A program made the position numbers and the translations under genes. The notes under the pieces were generated by a model. That model was not told the DNA's origin. It saw only the letters and a list, made by a program, of their open reading frames with translations, and did not search any database. Shown here piece by piece: positions 1 through 9,579 of a stretch of DNA of 64,000 bases. The stretch spans positions 32,001 to 96,000 of the forward strand of contig JANRIL010000024.1 of the NCBI GenBank assembly GCA_033764955.1. The letters run 5' to 3'. Positions within the stretch are counted from its first letter, which is position 1. Every line of letters starts with the position of its first letter. This stretch comes from Cyanobacteriota bacterium. GTDB taxonomy: Bacteria; Cyanobacteriota; Cyanobacteriia; Thermostichales; Thermostichaceae.

Positions 1-1501
1 GATCTCCCTCATGGGCAGTGCTGACGAAATCAGGATAGGCAATATTGCCATGTTCGCCAATATCGAGTCCGGCGATTTCTTCTTCCACCGAAACTCTTAG
101 CCCAATCGTAGACTTGATGATCTGAAAAAGAACGAAACATGTGACAAACGACCAGAGGGCAATCGCCCCCGCCCCCAAGATCTGTACCCCCAGATTGCCC
201 CAACCCACACCAGACTCGCTATGGGCAAAGATAGGAATGCCCGCCGCTATCACTCCCCAGGCTCCACAAACCCCATGCACCGAGATCGCCCCCACGGGAT
301 CATCAATCTTGAGGTTGGCTTCGATAAACAGCACTGCGAATACAACCAAAATTCCCGCAATCGAGCCAATCAAAATAGCACCCAAAGGATGCACCGTGTA
401 GCAACCAGCCGTAATCCCCACCAGTCCTGCCAGGGCACCGTTGCCCACAAATGTCATATCCGGTTTGGTAAAAACAGCCCAGGAGGTGAACAGTGCCCCA
501 ATCGCCCCCGCCGCCCCCGCTAGGTAGGTATTAAAGGCAATCCAGCCAATGTCAGGAATAGCTGCCGTTGTGGATCCCGCATTAAAGCCAATCCAACCAA
601 ACCACAAGATAAAAACCCCCAGCATTCCCAATGGCAGGCTATGTCCAGGAATCGCCCTAGGCTGACCATCTGAGCTATATTTACCCGTGCGCGGTCCCAG
701 CGACAAAGCCCCCGCCAAGGCGGCGGCTCCTCCACAGAGATGCACTACCCCGGATCCGGCATAGTCGATATAGCCTAAATTGCCTAACCAACCGGAGGTG
801 CCACCGTTATAAGCCCCAAACAGGCTATTCCAAGCCCAGCCGCCAGAGATGGGGTAAACGATCAAAGAGATAAAAACAGAGTAGATCAGATAAGCAATAA
901 ACTTGGTGCGCTCAGCCATTGCCCCCGAAACGATGGTGGCTGCCGTCGCTGCAAACACCAGTTGAAAACAGAAAAAAGTGAATGGCCAGCCTGGATTGGC
1001 ATCAGGGCTATCCACCACCGTAGAAGTATTGGCACTCGCCCAATTAAAAACAAACCAGTTGATTCCTAAAACCCCAGTCGGGTTAGACCCAAACATCAAA
1101 CCAAACCCCATAAACCAAAAGGCACAGGCTCCAAAACAAAAGTCCATCAAGTTTTTCAGAACAATGTTGGCCGCATTTTTGGCGCGGGTAAAGCCACACT
1201 CCACCATGGCAAAGCCCGCCTGCATGAAAAAGACGAGGGTTCCCCCCACCGTTGTCCAAACAATGTCAGCGTGGTATTGGCTAGTCGCTAAGCTCTTTTT
1301 TAATTCTGCCAAAGCCGCTGGAGAGAGGGTTTTCGCCAGCTCAGGTAGGGTTTCTTCGTCTTGGGCAAAACCAGGCCAATGGCTCAAAATCAACCAAAAC
1401 CCTAGCATCATCAAACTGATTTTTAACCAACGGGGCAGTTTCCTGATGGGATCCAGCCACAGTTGGCGGAATGGTGCTGTCTGAGTGAGGAAGCGATCCA
1501 T
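1..1501 (-). CDS. amt: Ammonium transporter (Amt family); stop codon lies just outside the window
   Basis: Not in the ORF track. Manual translation from ATG at 1501 gives MDRFLTQ...VFFMQAGFAMVECGFTRAKNAANI...DYAGSGVVH...IGEHGNIAYPDFVSTAHEGD. Confidence 0.95.
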   Translation of the reverse strand, partial: MDRFLTQTAPFRQLWLDPIRKLPRWLKISLMMLGFWLILSHWPGFAQDEETLPELAKTLSPAALAELKKSLATSQYHADIVWTTVGGTLVFFMQAGFAMVECGFTRAKNAANIVLKNLMDFCFGACAFWFMGFGLMFGSNPTGVLGINWFVFNWASANTSTVVDSPDANPGWPFTFFCFQLVFAATAATIVSGAMAERTKFIAYLIYSVFISLIVYPISGGWAWNSLFGAYNGGTSGWLGNLGYIDYAGSGVVHLCGGAAALAGALSLGPRTGKYSSDGQPRAIPGHSLPLGMLGVFILWFGWIGFNAGSTTAAIPDIGWIAFNTYLAGAAGAIGALFTSWAVFTKPDMTFVGNGALAGLVGITAGCYTVHPLGAILIGSIAGILVVFAVLFIEANLKIDDPVGAISVHGVCGAWGVIAAGIPIFAHSESGVGWGNLGVQILGAGAIALWSFVTCFVLFQIIKSTIGLRVSVEEEIAGLDIGEHGNIAYPDFVSTAHEGD

Positions 1502-1584
1502 GCTGCTTGTAACCTACTAAAAACAATAAGATTTCTGAAAACTTTCGGGATCCTTATGAATGGCTATTTATGGCTAATTGTGTA

Positions 1585-1627
1585 AAGCTACACGATTTAT
1601 CCTGAGGTCATAGGTAACATACTATAC
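1585..1627 (-). promoter_or_regulatory. NtcA-activated promoter for the leftmost amt
   Basis: GTA-N8-TAC at 1614-1627, then on the minus strand 23 nt and TAGCTT (TAN3T). Confidence 0.8.
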
Positions 1628-1817
1628 AAATACAGAGAGGAATGCTTTTGAAGTGATGTTGCTTATGGCTGCTTAGTTAAAGAAACAAAGCCTGGGAGCG
1701 GAAGGCTGCCAACACTTTGACGGTATCAGGACTGACTCAGCCTCGCTAGATACAAAGGGATCCCCTAGATTCTGGAGCCTAGGGTCAATCCTCATTTGCC
1801 TAGGTTCTGATAATTTT

Positions 1818-1859
1818 GTGTCGCATGTTACATTTCTCTGGCACATCAGCCCTTAAAGT
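1818..1859 (+). promoter_or_regulatory. NtcA-activated promoter for the second amt
   Basis: tGTG-tcgcatgt-TACa (1818-1831), 22 nt, then TAAAGT (1854-1859). Confidence 0.75.
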
Positions 1860-1902
1860 TAGCCGAGATTGTTGATATCGATTTACCTGGGACTTGATAA
1901 AT

Positions 1903-3381
1903 ATGCGGTGGAAACGCTTAGCAACAAAGCTAAATGATCTCAAGCGAGAAAACCGATCCAACCGATTGGTGAGGTTCTTGGTTGATAAATGGGGCTACTG
2001 CCTCCCCTTTGCCATCTTGATTGGATTGGATTGGATGTGGGCTGTCCATGCACAGGACGAAACCGTAACCATTGATTACTCAACTATTGAAGGCTTAAAG
2101 GTTGGTCTTGACACCATGTGGGTCATGATTGCAGCCTTTCTTGTGTTCTTTATGAATGCCGGATTTGCCCTGGTTGAATCTGGCTTCTGCCGTGTCAAAA
2201 ATGCTGTCAACATTTTGTCAAAAAACTTAATTGTATTTGCCATCTCTACCCTAGCTTTTTGGGCGATTGGCTTTGCCTTCATGTTTGGAGATGGCAACCC
2301 GATTATTGGGCTAAGTGGATTTTTCTTGGCGGGTGCCGATAACAGTCCGGCCACTGGCGACGCCTATCAAGGGGTATTTTCTGCTCTCAACTGGACGGGG
2401 GTCCCTTTAGCGGCCAAGTTTTTCTTTCAGTTGGTGTTTGCAGGAACTGCCGCCACTATTGTTTCTGGAGCCGTGGCTGAACGGGTTAAGTTCATTGATT
2501 TCCTGATTTTTAGCTTCATTATTGTCGGTTTGATCTACTCCATTGGGGGACATTGGATTTGGGGTGGTGGTTGGCTATATGGCCTGGGCTTCTGGGACTT
2601 TGCCGGATCAACCGTGGTTCACTCCATCGGTGGTTGGTGTGCTTTGACGGGAGCGGCATTTCTGGGGCCGAGGCTCGGTCGCTACGTTAACGGCCAGACC
2701 ATCGCTATTCCCGGTCACAACTTGGGCTTAGCCACCCTAGGCTGCTTGATCTTGTGGTTGGGTTGGTTTGGGTTCAACCCAGGATCCACAATGGCCTTAG
2801 ATGCCAAATTGATTGGTCATATTGCGTTGACCACTAATTTGGGTGGTTCGGCGGGTGGAATCATGGCAACGATTGTGGCCTGGGTAAGGTTTGGCAAGCC
2901 AGATTTAAGTATGGTGATCAATGGCATCTTGGCCGGTTTGGTGGCTGTCACCGCTGGCTGTGCCTTTATCAGTGCTGGAAGCTCTGTGATCATTGGGGGG
3001 ATTGGTGGCGTGCTGGTCGTCTTTGCGGTGGGTTTCTTCGATAGCCTCAAAATTGATGACCCTGTGGGTGCACTCTCGGTTCACTTGGTCAACGGAGTTT
3101 GGGGCACTCTCGCCCTTGGTTTATTTGCGGATCCCAGTTGGCTGGGAGCGGGGATGGATCCTGGCTTGCTGTTTGGGGGCGGGGTCAAACTCTTAATTGC
3201 TCAACTGATCGGTATCATTGCGATTGGCGTCTTCTGTGTGATCACTAGCTCTATCGCTTGGATCGTGTTGAAATCCATTTTTGGCTTGCGGGTTTCTCCC
3301 GAGGAAGAAAACGAAGGTCTGGATATTGGGGAACATGGCATGATTGCCTACAGTGGTTTTGTTACTGTCAAGGAGCCATAA
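1903..3381 (+). CDS. amt: Ammonium transporter (cyanobacterial Amt1-like)
   Basis: [41 protein letters not shown] and GLDIGEHG motifs. Alternative TTG start at 1894. Confidence 0.96.
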   Translation: MRWKRLATKLNDLKRENRSNRLVRFLVDKWGYCLPFAILIGLDWMWAVHAQDETVTIDYSTIEGLKVGLDTMWVMIAAFLVFFMNAGFALVESGFCRVKNAVNILSKNLIVFAISTLAFWAIGFAFMFGDGNPIIGLSGFFLAGADNSPATGDAYQGVFSALNWTGVPLAAKFFFQLVFAGTAATIVSGAVAERVKFIDFLIFSFIIVGLIYSIGGHWIWGGGWLYGLGFWDFAGSTVVHSIGGWCALTGAAFLGPRLGRYVNGQTIAIPGHNLGLATLGCLILWLGWFGFNPGSTMALDAKLIGHIALTTNLGGSAGGIMATIVAWVRFGKPDLSMVINGILAGLVAVTAGCAFISAGSSVIIGGIGGVLVVFAVGFFDSLKIDDPVGALSVHLVNGVWGTLALGLFADPSWLGAGMDPGLLFGGGVKLLIAQLIGIIAIGVFCVITSSIAWIVLKSIFGLRVSPEEENEGLDIGEHGMIAYSGFVTVKEP

Positions 3382-3790
3382 ATTTCCCTTTCTCGTTAAA
3401 CACTTCTAAAAAAAGATGCTTTGTCCGATAATAGGGTCTTAATCATTTGGATTACGATCTTATCCATCCTACAGAGCATTTTTTTTAGGCTATGCCTAAG
3501 TTCATGTCCCTTGTTTTTTGATCAGGGCTAACTATCGCTTGATTTAATCATCCGCTTATCATCTGTCTGCCCGTTCCTACCTGATCAGCCGCTTTATCCT
3601 GCACGATTGCTCATCTGGCTGACTACATCGAGCCTATCCGTCATGGCTGAATCATCTGCTCCTCAAAGGTTTACCTATCCGAACCTTATTGACAGATACA
3701 ACTTATCCCTAGATTGCTAAACACAGCCCTCACCCGTCTCCCAGAATAGGGAGGGGAGTTAGCCTTTGCTTGATAATTCAGAGAAGAACC

Positions 3791-3931
3791 GGGCGTTGCT
3801 AAATGCAACTATGAATCGCCCTTATCCCAAACCCTTCTCTCCAGGGAGAAAGGCTTAAAATTCTTGTTCCCTCCCTCTTTGGGGAAGGCTAAGGGTAGTT
3901 TGGCAATTCATGGACAGATTCAGCAACGCCC
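3791..3931. mobile_element. MITE-like element with terminal inverted repeats
   Basis: gggcgttgctaaat...tatgaat pairs with attcat...attcagcaacgccc. Encloses a CCC/GGG-rich palindrome. Non-coding. Confidence 0.65.
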
Positions 3932-4059
3932 CTATTCCGAGTTAGGGTTTCCACCGATAGGGCAGTGTTGGTCACCACCACCGACGAAACCCAAAACGCG
4001 GGGAAAGAACACCTAACGGGATGGTAGCCATCGCTGGGAAATTGAACAGTCCCACTAAA

Positions 4060-4098
4060 AATGAAAGGCACTGACAGGAATAGAAAGGCGTCAGTGCC
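4060..4098 (-). terminator. Probable intrinsic terminator of the glnB-amt transcript
   Basis: Stem ggcactgac/gtcagtgcc followed on the minus strand by tttcatttt. Confidence 0.5.
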
Positions 4099-4293
4099 AG
4101 TAGGTCTTAGGTATTTTTTGGAGAAAACTTTCTCTATCTTGGATAAAATTCCTCAAATGCTATCTCAAGAAAAGGATGGAATGATTTCGTTTCTCTAGGT
4201 CGTGTTGATCTTTAGCAAAGCAAAGGGAGATTTAGGGGGATCCGAGCCTGGGACAGACTGTATTGTCTGATCGAAGGCAAAGATCAACAAAGC

Positions 4294-5766
4294 CTAGTAA
4301 TTGTGCTCGGAATCGGTCGCCACACTCACAAAGTCAGGATAAGAAACATTGCCATGTTCCCCAATATCTAGACCTGCGACTTCTTCTTCCACCGTCACCC
4401 GCAAACCAATTGTAACTTTGAGGATCACAAACAAGATTAGGCAACTAAAAAATGACCACGCAGCAATAGAAGCCGCTGCCAAGATCTGTACCCCAAAAGT
4501 TCCCCAGGTAATGCCAGCGTTGGCATGAGCAAAGAAAGGGATCCCTGCTGCCAAAACTCCCCAGACTCCTCCTACTCCATGTACAGAGGAAGCCCCAACT
4601 GGATCATCAATCTTGAGAACGTTCTCAATGAATAGAACCGCAAAGACAACCAATACTCCCCCTATTCCACCAATAATGATGGCTCCCAGAGGATGAACTG
4701 TCCAACAACCCGCCGTAATACCAACCAATCCCGCTAGAGCACCATTGCCAGTAAAGCTGGTATCCGGCTTACTGAAAATGATCCAGGTTGTTACCATCGC
4801 CCCAATCGCTCCGGCGGCTCCAGCTAGGTAGGTATTGAAGGCAATCCAACCCATATCTTGGATAGCGGCAGTGGTGGAACCCGCATTAAAGCCAATCCAG
4901 CCAAAATAGAGAATGAATACCCCTAATATCCCTAAAGGTAAGTTATGTCCGGGAATAGCCCGTGCTTCTCCATTGGAGCCAAACTTACCTGTGCGTGGGC
5001 CTAACACCAGAGCCCCTGCTAGAGCAGCGGCTCCCCCACAAACGTGAACCACCCCTGAGCCAGCATAATCAACGTAGCCTAGGCTACCCAACCAACCGGA
5101 TGTGCCCCCGTTATAAGCCCCAAAGAGGCTGTTCCAAGCCCAGCCACCGGAGATCGGATAAACAATTAAAGAAATAAAGACTGAATAAATCAGATAAGAA
5201 ATAAACTTGGTGCGCTCGGCCATCGCTCCCGATACAATCGTGGCGGATGTGGCCGCGAATACTACCTGAAAACAGAAGAAGGTAAAAGGCCAAGCATCGC
5301 CAATCACTATCCCGTCTGCTCCCACTGTGGATCCGGTACCCGTTAGCCAACTAAACGCAAACCAGCTAGTGCCAAAAAAGCCATTGCTCGATCCAAACAT
5401 CAAACCAAAACCAATAAACCAGTAGGCAATAGATCCAAAGCAAAAATCCATCAGGTTTTTGAGGACAATGTTGGCGGCATTCTTGGCACGAGTAAAGCCA
5501 GTTTCCACCATGGCAAACCCTGCCTGCATAAAGAAGACGAGGGCACTGCCTACCATCGTCCACACCAAGTTGCTCCCCGCCTTCACACTAGCAAGCTCGG
5601 CAGCCAGAGACTCTAAGGTGGGAGGTTCATCCTGAGCCCAAGCAGCATGATCTCCCAAAACAATCCAAAAAAGGCTTAGAACAACAAAACCCAGCAGCCA
5701 CCTAGGGATCCTTGCCATCAAGCGATGGTACAGGGTTGAACGATTTAGCATCATATTCATTGTCAA
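4294..5766 (-). CDS. amt: Ammonium transporter, close paralog of 1..1501
   Basis: Amt motifs FFMQAGFAMVE, DYAGSGVVH, GWIGFNAGS, DDPVGASSVH. Confidence 0.96.
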   Translation of the reverse strand: MTMNMMLNRSTLYHRLMARIPRWLLGFVVLSLFWIVLGDHAAWAQDEPPTLESLAAELASVKAGSNLVWTMVGSALVFFMQAGFAMVETGFTRAKNAANIVLKNLMDFCFGSIAYWFIGFGLMFGSSNGFFGTSWFAFSWLTGTGSTVGADGIVIGDAWPFTFFCFQVVFAATSATIVSGAMAERTKFISYLIYSVFISLIVYPISGGWAWNSLFGAYNGGTSGWLGSLGYVDYAGSGVVHVCGGAAALAGALVLGPRTGKFGSNGEARAIPGHNLPLGILGVFILYFGWIGFNAGSTTAAIQDMGWIAFNTYLAGAAGAIGAMVTTWIIFSKPDTSFTGNGALAGLVGITAGCWTVHPLGAIIIGGIGGVLVVFAVLFIENVLKIDDPVGASSVHGVGGVWGVLAAGIPFFAHANAGITWGTFGVQILAAASIAAWSFFSCLILFVILKVTIGLRVTVEEEVAGLDIGEHGNVSYPDFVSVATDSEHNY

Positions 5767-5816
5767 TTCGACCTGTAGGGTTACGTCACATCAGCGTTAG
5801 GGTTGGGAACAAAGCT

Positions 5817-6209
<393 letters not shown>

Positions 6210-6216
6210 TTATTTT

Positions 6217-6230
6217 GTAACGGTAGCTAC
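6217..6230 (-). promoter_or_regulatory. NtcA binding site upstream of glnB
   Basis: GTA-acggtagc-TAC, with an imperfect -10 (TACAAA) 22 nt downstream on the minus strand. Confidence 0.7.
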
Positions 6231-6409
6231 GGTTTTTTGAATGGGATAATTCTTAGCATCATTTTTCTGGTTCCGTCAAGTCCACGGATAAGGTGGACTG
6301 GGATCCCCTAGGGTCTAGGGAGGGCATCCTGGTTTGCTCATCAGTTATTCATCAAAATTCGAGTTACCGCCATTAGGATTCAGGCTATGCAGACCCCAAC
6401 AATTGGCCC

Positions 6410-7438
6410 ATGAACATCGAATCGATTGCCCAGCAGATTCACCACCACTGGCAGGAACAGGGATCCCTGGAGACTCCTCGCCTGTTAGCACATGGGGAGT
6501 CGAATCTGATCTTTCGGTTGGGGGAGGATCGTTTAATGCGGGTCGCTGTCACCACCCCCAATCAACGATTCGCGGGCGATCCGCAGCGGGTGACGGCCTT
6601 TGAATCGGCTATTTTGCACTATCTGGCGGGCACTGGCATCAGCCATCAACTGTTGGGATCCCAGCTTAGCCCCACGCCTGAGTTGCCCTATACCTATCTG
6701 ATCACCAACTTTTTAGAGGGAGAATCCCTCAACTACCGTCGAGATCATCTCGCCAAAGCTGCCCAAACCCTGGCTTGTTTGCATCGTCTCCCCTCTGTCC
6801 ACACCTTGGTACCTCCCCTCCAGCCGATTGACGAACCCTTAACCCTGTTTTTGCGAGAATCCCAACGCTATGCTCAGCCCTACCTGAAGGATCCCAAAGC
6901 GGATCCCGATATCGTCGAGATGCTTCAGATTGTCTTGATGCAAGCACGGCGGCTACAAAAACAAGAGACCGACCTGCAACGGGATCCCTATGTCTGTCTG
7001 GTGCATGGCGACCATACCCATGACAACTGGCTAATTAACTCCCAACAAGCCCACCTAATCGATTGGGAATGGGCAGAATTGAGTACGCCAGCCGCAGATT
7101 TGGGGCATTTCCTCTCCCCTGTCACCATCCATCGCTATCACCATTACCAATTGCCTGTGGAAGATCGGGAGTTTTTTCTGAATCACTATTGGCAGGCTCT
7201 CGACCATGAACCCTTGCGGCAAACCCTTCAGAATCATTGGAGAGTGTTTGGGGCTTTTCCGGCGATTCGCTCCCTTTGCTGGACGGCTGGACAATGGACA
7301 AAAGGGGATCCCTGGTATAGCCAAGCGGGGGATGCCAGCTCGCAGGTACGTTTAGCCCGCCAGCAAGCCAGCCACCAGCATTTCTCTCGGTTATGGGAAG
7401 GGGTTATGCAGTGGATCGAGGAGGTATCTGGCCTGTAG
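6410..7438 (+). CDS. Aminoglycoside phosphotransferase / choline kinase-like protein
   Basis: GESN, LVHGDHTHDN and IDWEWA motifs. Confidence 0.8.
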   Translation: MNIESIAQQIHHHWQEQGSLETPRLLAHGESNLIFRLGEDRLMRVAVTTPNQRFAGDPQRVTAFESAILHYLAGTGISHQLLGSQLSPTPELPYTYLITNFLEGESLNYRRDHLAKAAQTLACLHRLPSVHTLVPPLQPIDEPLTLFLRESQRYAQPYLKDPKADPDIVEMLQIVLMQARRLQKQETDLQRDPYVCLVHGDHTHDNWLINSQQAHLIDWEWAELSTPAADLGHFLSPVTIHRYHHYQLPVEDREFFLNHYWQALDHEPLRQTLQNHWRVFGAFPAIRSLCWTAGQWTKGDPWYSQAGDASSQVRLARQQASHQHFSRLWEGVMQWIEEVSGL

Positions 7439-7639
7439 AGTCAAAGAACCCATGACTCATCCCAAGGGGTCGGTTCCGCCTCCCAATCGGCTGATCGCCC
7501 ATGCCTGCCAAGGGCAACTTTTTGTAACAAACTTGTCATAATCTCATCGCCATCCTCTGCGTGAGCGGGCGATCACGGAGGTTAAAGATTTCTATTATCA
7601 TGGCGAAGAGACGGAAAACCCTTGGGTAGTCAAAGCGAT

Positions 7640-9472
7640 ATGAATGCAAGCGCCGGATTCAGTGCCGCCGACACAGAACGTTTTGAGATTCGGTTGGGTG
7701 AGGCGCTAAACAAGGCCGGAGTATTGACCGGATCCCAACTGGCTCAAGCCATGTACGAAAAGCGGGATTCTCCTTTTATGTTAGGGGAAATTTGTTTGGA
7801 GTATGGTTGGCTGACTGTTGACAAGCTTTATCCGTTTATTCCCTCTAACCTGCTGCGCCTAGGGGAAATTTTGGTGCTTTATGGAGTAGTCAAACTGGAT
7901 CAACTGAAGGCGGGCTTGATCAGGCAACAGCAGAAACCAGGTACCACAATCGGACAGGCACTTCTTCAACAGGGATTAATCACCAATGAACAACTGACCT
8001 GGGCGCTGGAAGAGCAACGCATCTTACGCAAACGGCCTTTTCCGAATGCGTGGCAAGCTCTAGAGGGTCGTCTACCTGGCACGCAACCGCAAGGTTCGAG
8101 GGCGGCTGAGGAGCTAAAAGCCCTGCACGATCAAGTCAGCCAGTATCAAGCGCAATTGGCGACCCTAGCGCAGCAACGGCAAGAATGGGAGCTATTTCGT
8201 CAGCAAACCCAACGGCAACAGACTGAACAACAGGCTCGTCACCACGAGCAACTCGCCACTCAGCAAGCCACCCTAGAAGCCAAGGAAGCCCAACTGCAAG
8301 CCACGGCTCAGGCGTTGGATGCTGCCCGTCAACAAATTAAAGAGATCACCCAGCAACTGCAACAATCCCAAGCTCAGGCCACTAGCCACGAACAGCATCA
8401 GCAACAATTGGCTCAGGCTCAAGCCGTTACCCGTCAACAAATTGAACACTATCAGCAACAAATTCAGCAACAAGAGCAGGTGATGGCTAAACTGCAACCG
8501 GTGATTCAGCAGTTGCGGGGGCAGGTGGGGCAACTTAACCAAAAACTAGCGGAGGCGCAGGCTGGTGAGCAAGAATCCCAAACCAAGCTTCAGGAACAGC
8601 AATCTCAATTGATGCTGGCTCAATCAACCAAAGAACGGTTGATTCGAGATGTTGCCGAAGCGCGGCGGCAAATTGCCGAACTCACCCGCCGCTGCCAAAT
8701 TCAGCAACAGGAAGAAACTGATTATTTGCAGCAGATTGCCGGACTGAAGTCAGATCTATTGCAAGAGCGCTCCCAAAAAGCAGCTTTTGTTCAGGAGGTT
8801 CAACAATTGCGTGAACAACTCTCCGCTCAATCCCATCAACTGAAAACTGTGCAGCAGGAATTGATCCGCCTCCGCACCGCTTCCGTATCCAGTCGCACCA
8901 CCTCCGGTCCTGTTCCCCTACCTGCTCGCCAGTCGATGCCACCGACACCAATTGCTCCAGAGGTTAAATTAACTGCTGCCGTTAATCAGGAGGAGGAGTG
9001 GTCAGACGACTCAGAAATTACTCTGGTAGATTTGGCAGAAGAAGAGTCGGAGGCTCTGCAAGCGGCAACGCCCTGGGTGCAACGGGTTTTAACTGCTTTG
9101 CGATCGGCAGGGTTGATCAGCAATGCTGAGATCGAGCTAGTGCTATCGGAATGGCAACGGGATGGGGGAACTTTTACGGAAGTTTTGTCTGCCCACACAG
9201 GCTTGCAAACAGAAACCGTCAAGTTTTTTAGTGATGGGGGGTACTCGGTCAAACTGTCAGGCGCTAACCAGATGGGTGATTTTTTGCGAGCCTCTGGGTT
9301 AGTAGCTCCTCAGTTAATTGACCAAGCCCAAGCCAGTCTTCAGCCAGGACAGTCTCTCTGCCAACTTCTCGCTCATCAAGGGCTAATTCGCCAGGAAACC
9401 GCCGACTACTTTACCCGTAACTTTGGTCAGCGCCATAACCGTTTTCGTTCCCTACGGGATCCCTCTCACTAG
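7640..9472 (+). CDS. Multi-MshEN-like motif protein with long Gln-rich coiled coil
   Basis: Repeated RLGE-x-L-x3-G-hh motifs at the N-terminus, about 270 aa of Q/E-rich helix, and degenerate repeats at the C-terminus. Alternative TTG start at 7622. Confidence 0.65.
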   Translation: MNASAGFSAADTERFEIRLGEALNKAGVLTGSQLAQAMYEKRDSPFMLGEICLEYGWLTVDKLYPFIPSNLLRLGEILVLYGVVKLDQLKAGLIRQQQKPGTTIGQALLQQGLITNEQLTWALEEQRILRKRPFPNAWQALEGRLPGTQPQGSRAAEELKALHDQVSQYQAQLATLAQQRQEWELFRQQTQRQQTEQQARHHEQLATQQATLEAKEAQLQATAQALDAARQQIKEITQQLQQSQAQATSHEQHQQQLAQAQAVTRQQIEHYQQQIQQQEQVMAKLQPVIQQLRGQVGQLNQKLAEAQAGEQESQTKLQEQQSQLMLAQSTKERLIRDVAEARRQIAELTRRCQIQQQEETDYLQQIAGLKSDLLQERSQKAAFVQEVQQLREQLSAQSHQLKTVQQELIRLRTASVSSRTTSGPVPLPARQSMPPTPIAPEVKLTAAVNQEEEWSDDSEITLVDLAEEESEALQAATPWVQRVLTALRSAGLISNAEIELVLSEWQRDGGTFTEVLSAHTGLQTETVKFFSDGGYSVKLSGANQMGDFLRASGLVAPQLIDQAQASLQPGQSLCQLLAHQGLIRQETADYFTRNFGQRHNRFRSLRDPSH

Positions 9473-9579
9473 TCTATTCGCCAGCCTGTCAGTCAGTCAC
9501 CGACAACAAGTGGAGAGTAAGGATTGTCTTTGAAAAGGAGCAGATGAAATCCACAAGATCAAAAGCGAAACGAGGGAAC

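Noticed and set aside
141..1484. Several + strand ORFs (141-401, 221-523, 978-1484)
   Set aside because: Antisense shadows of the minus-strand amt gene, which the ORF track missed because its stop is outside the window.
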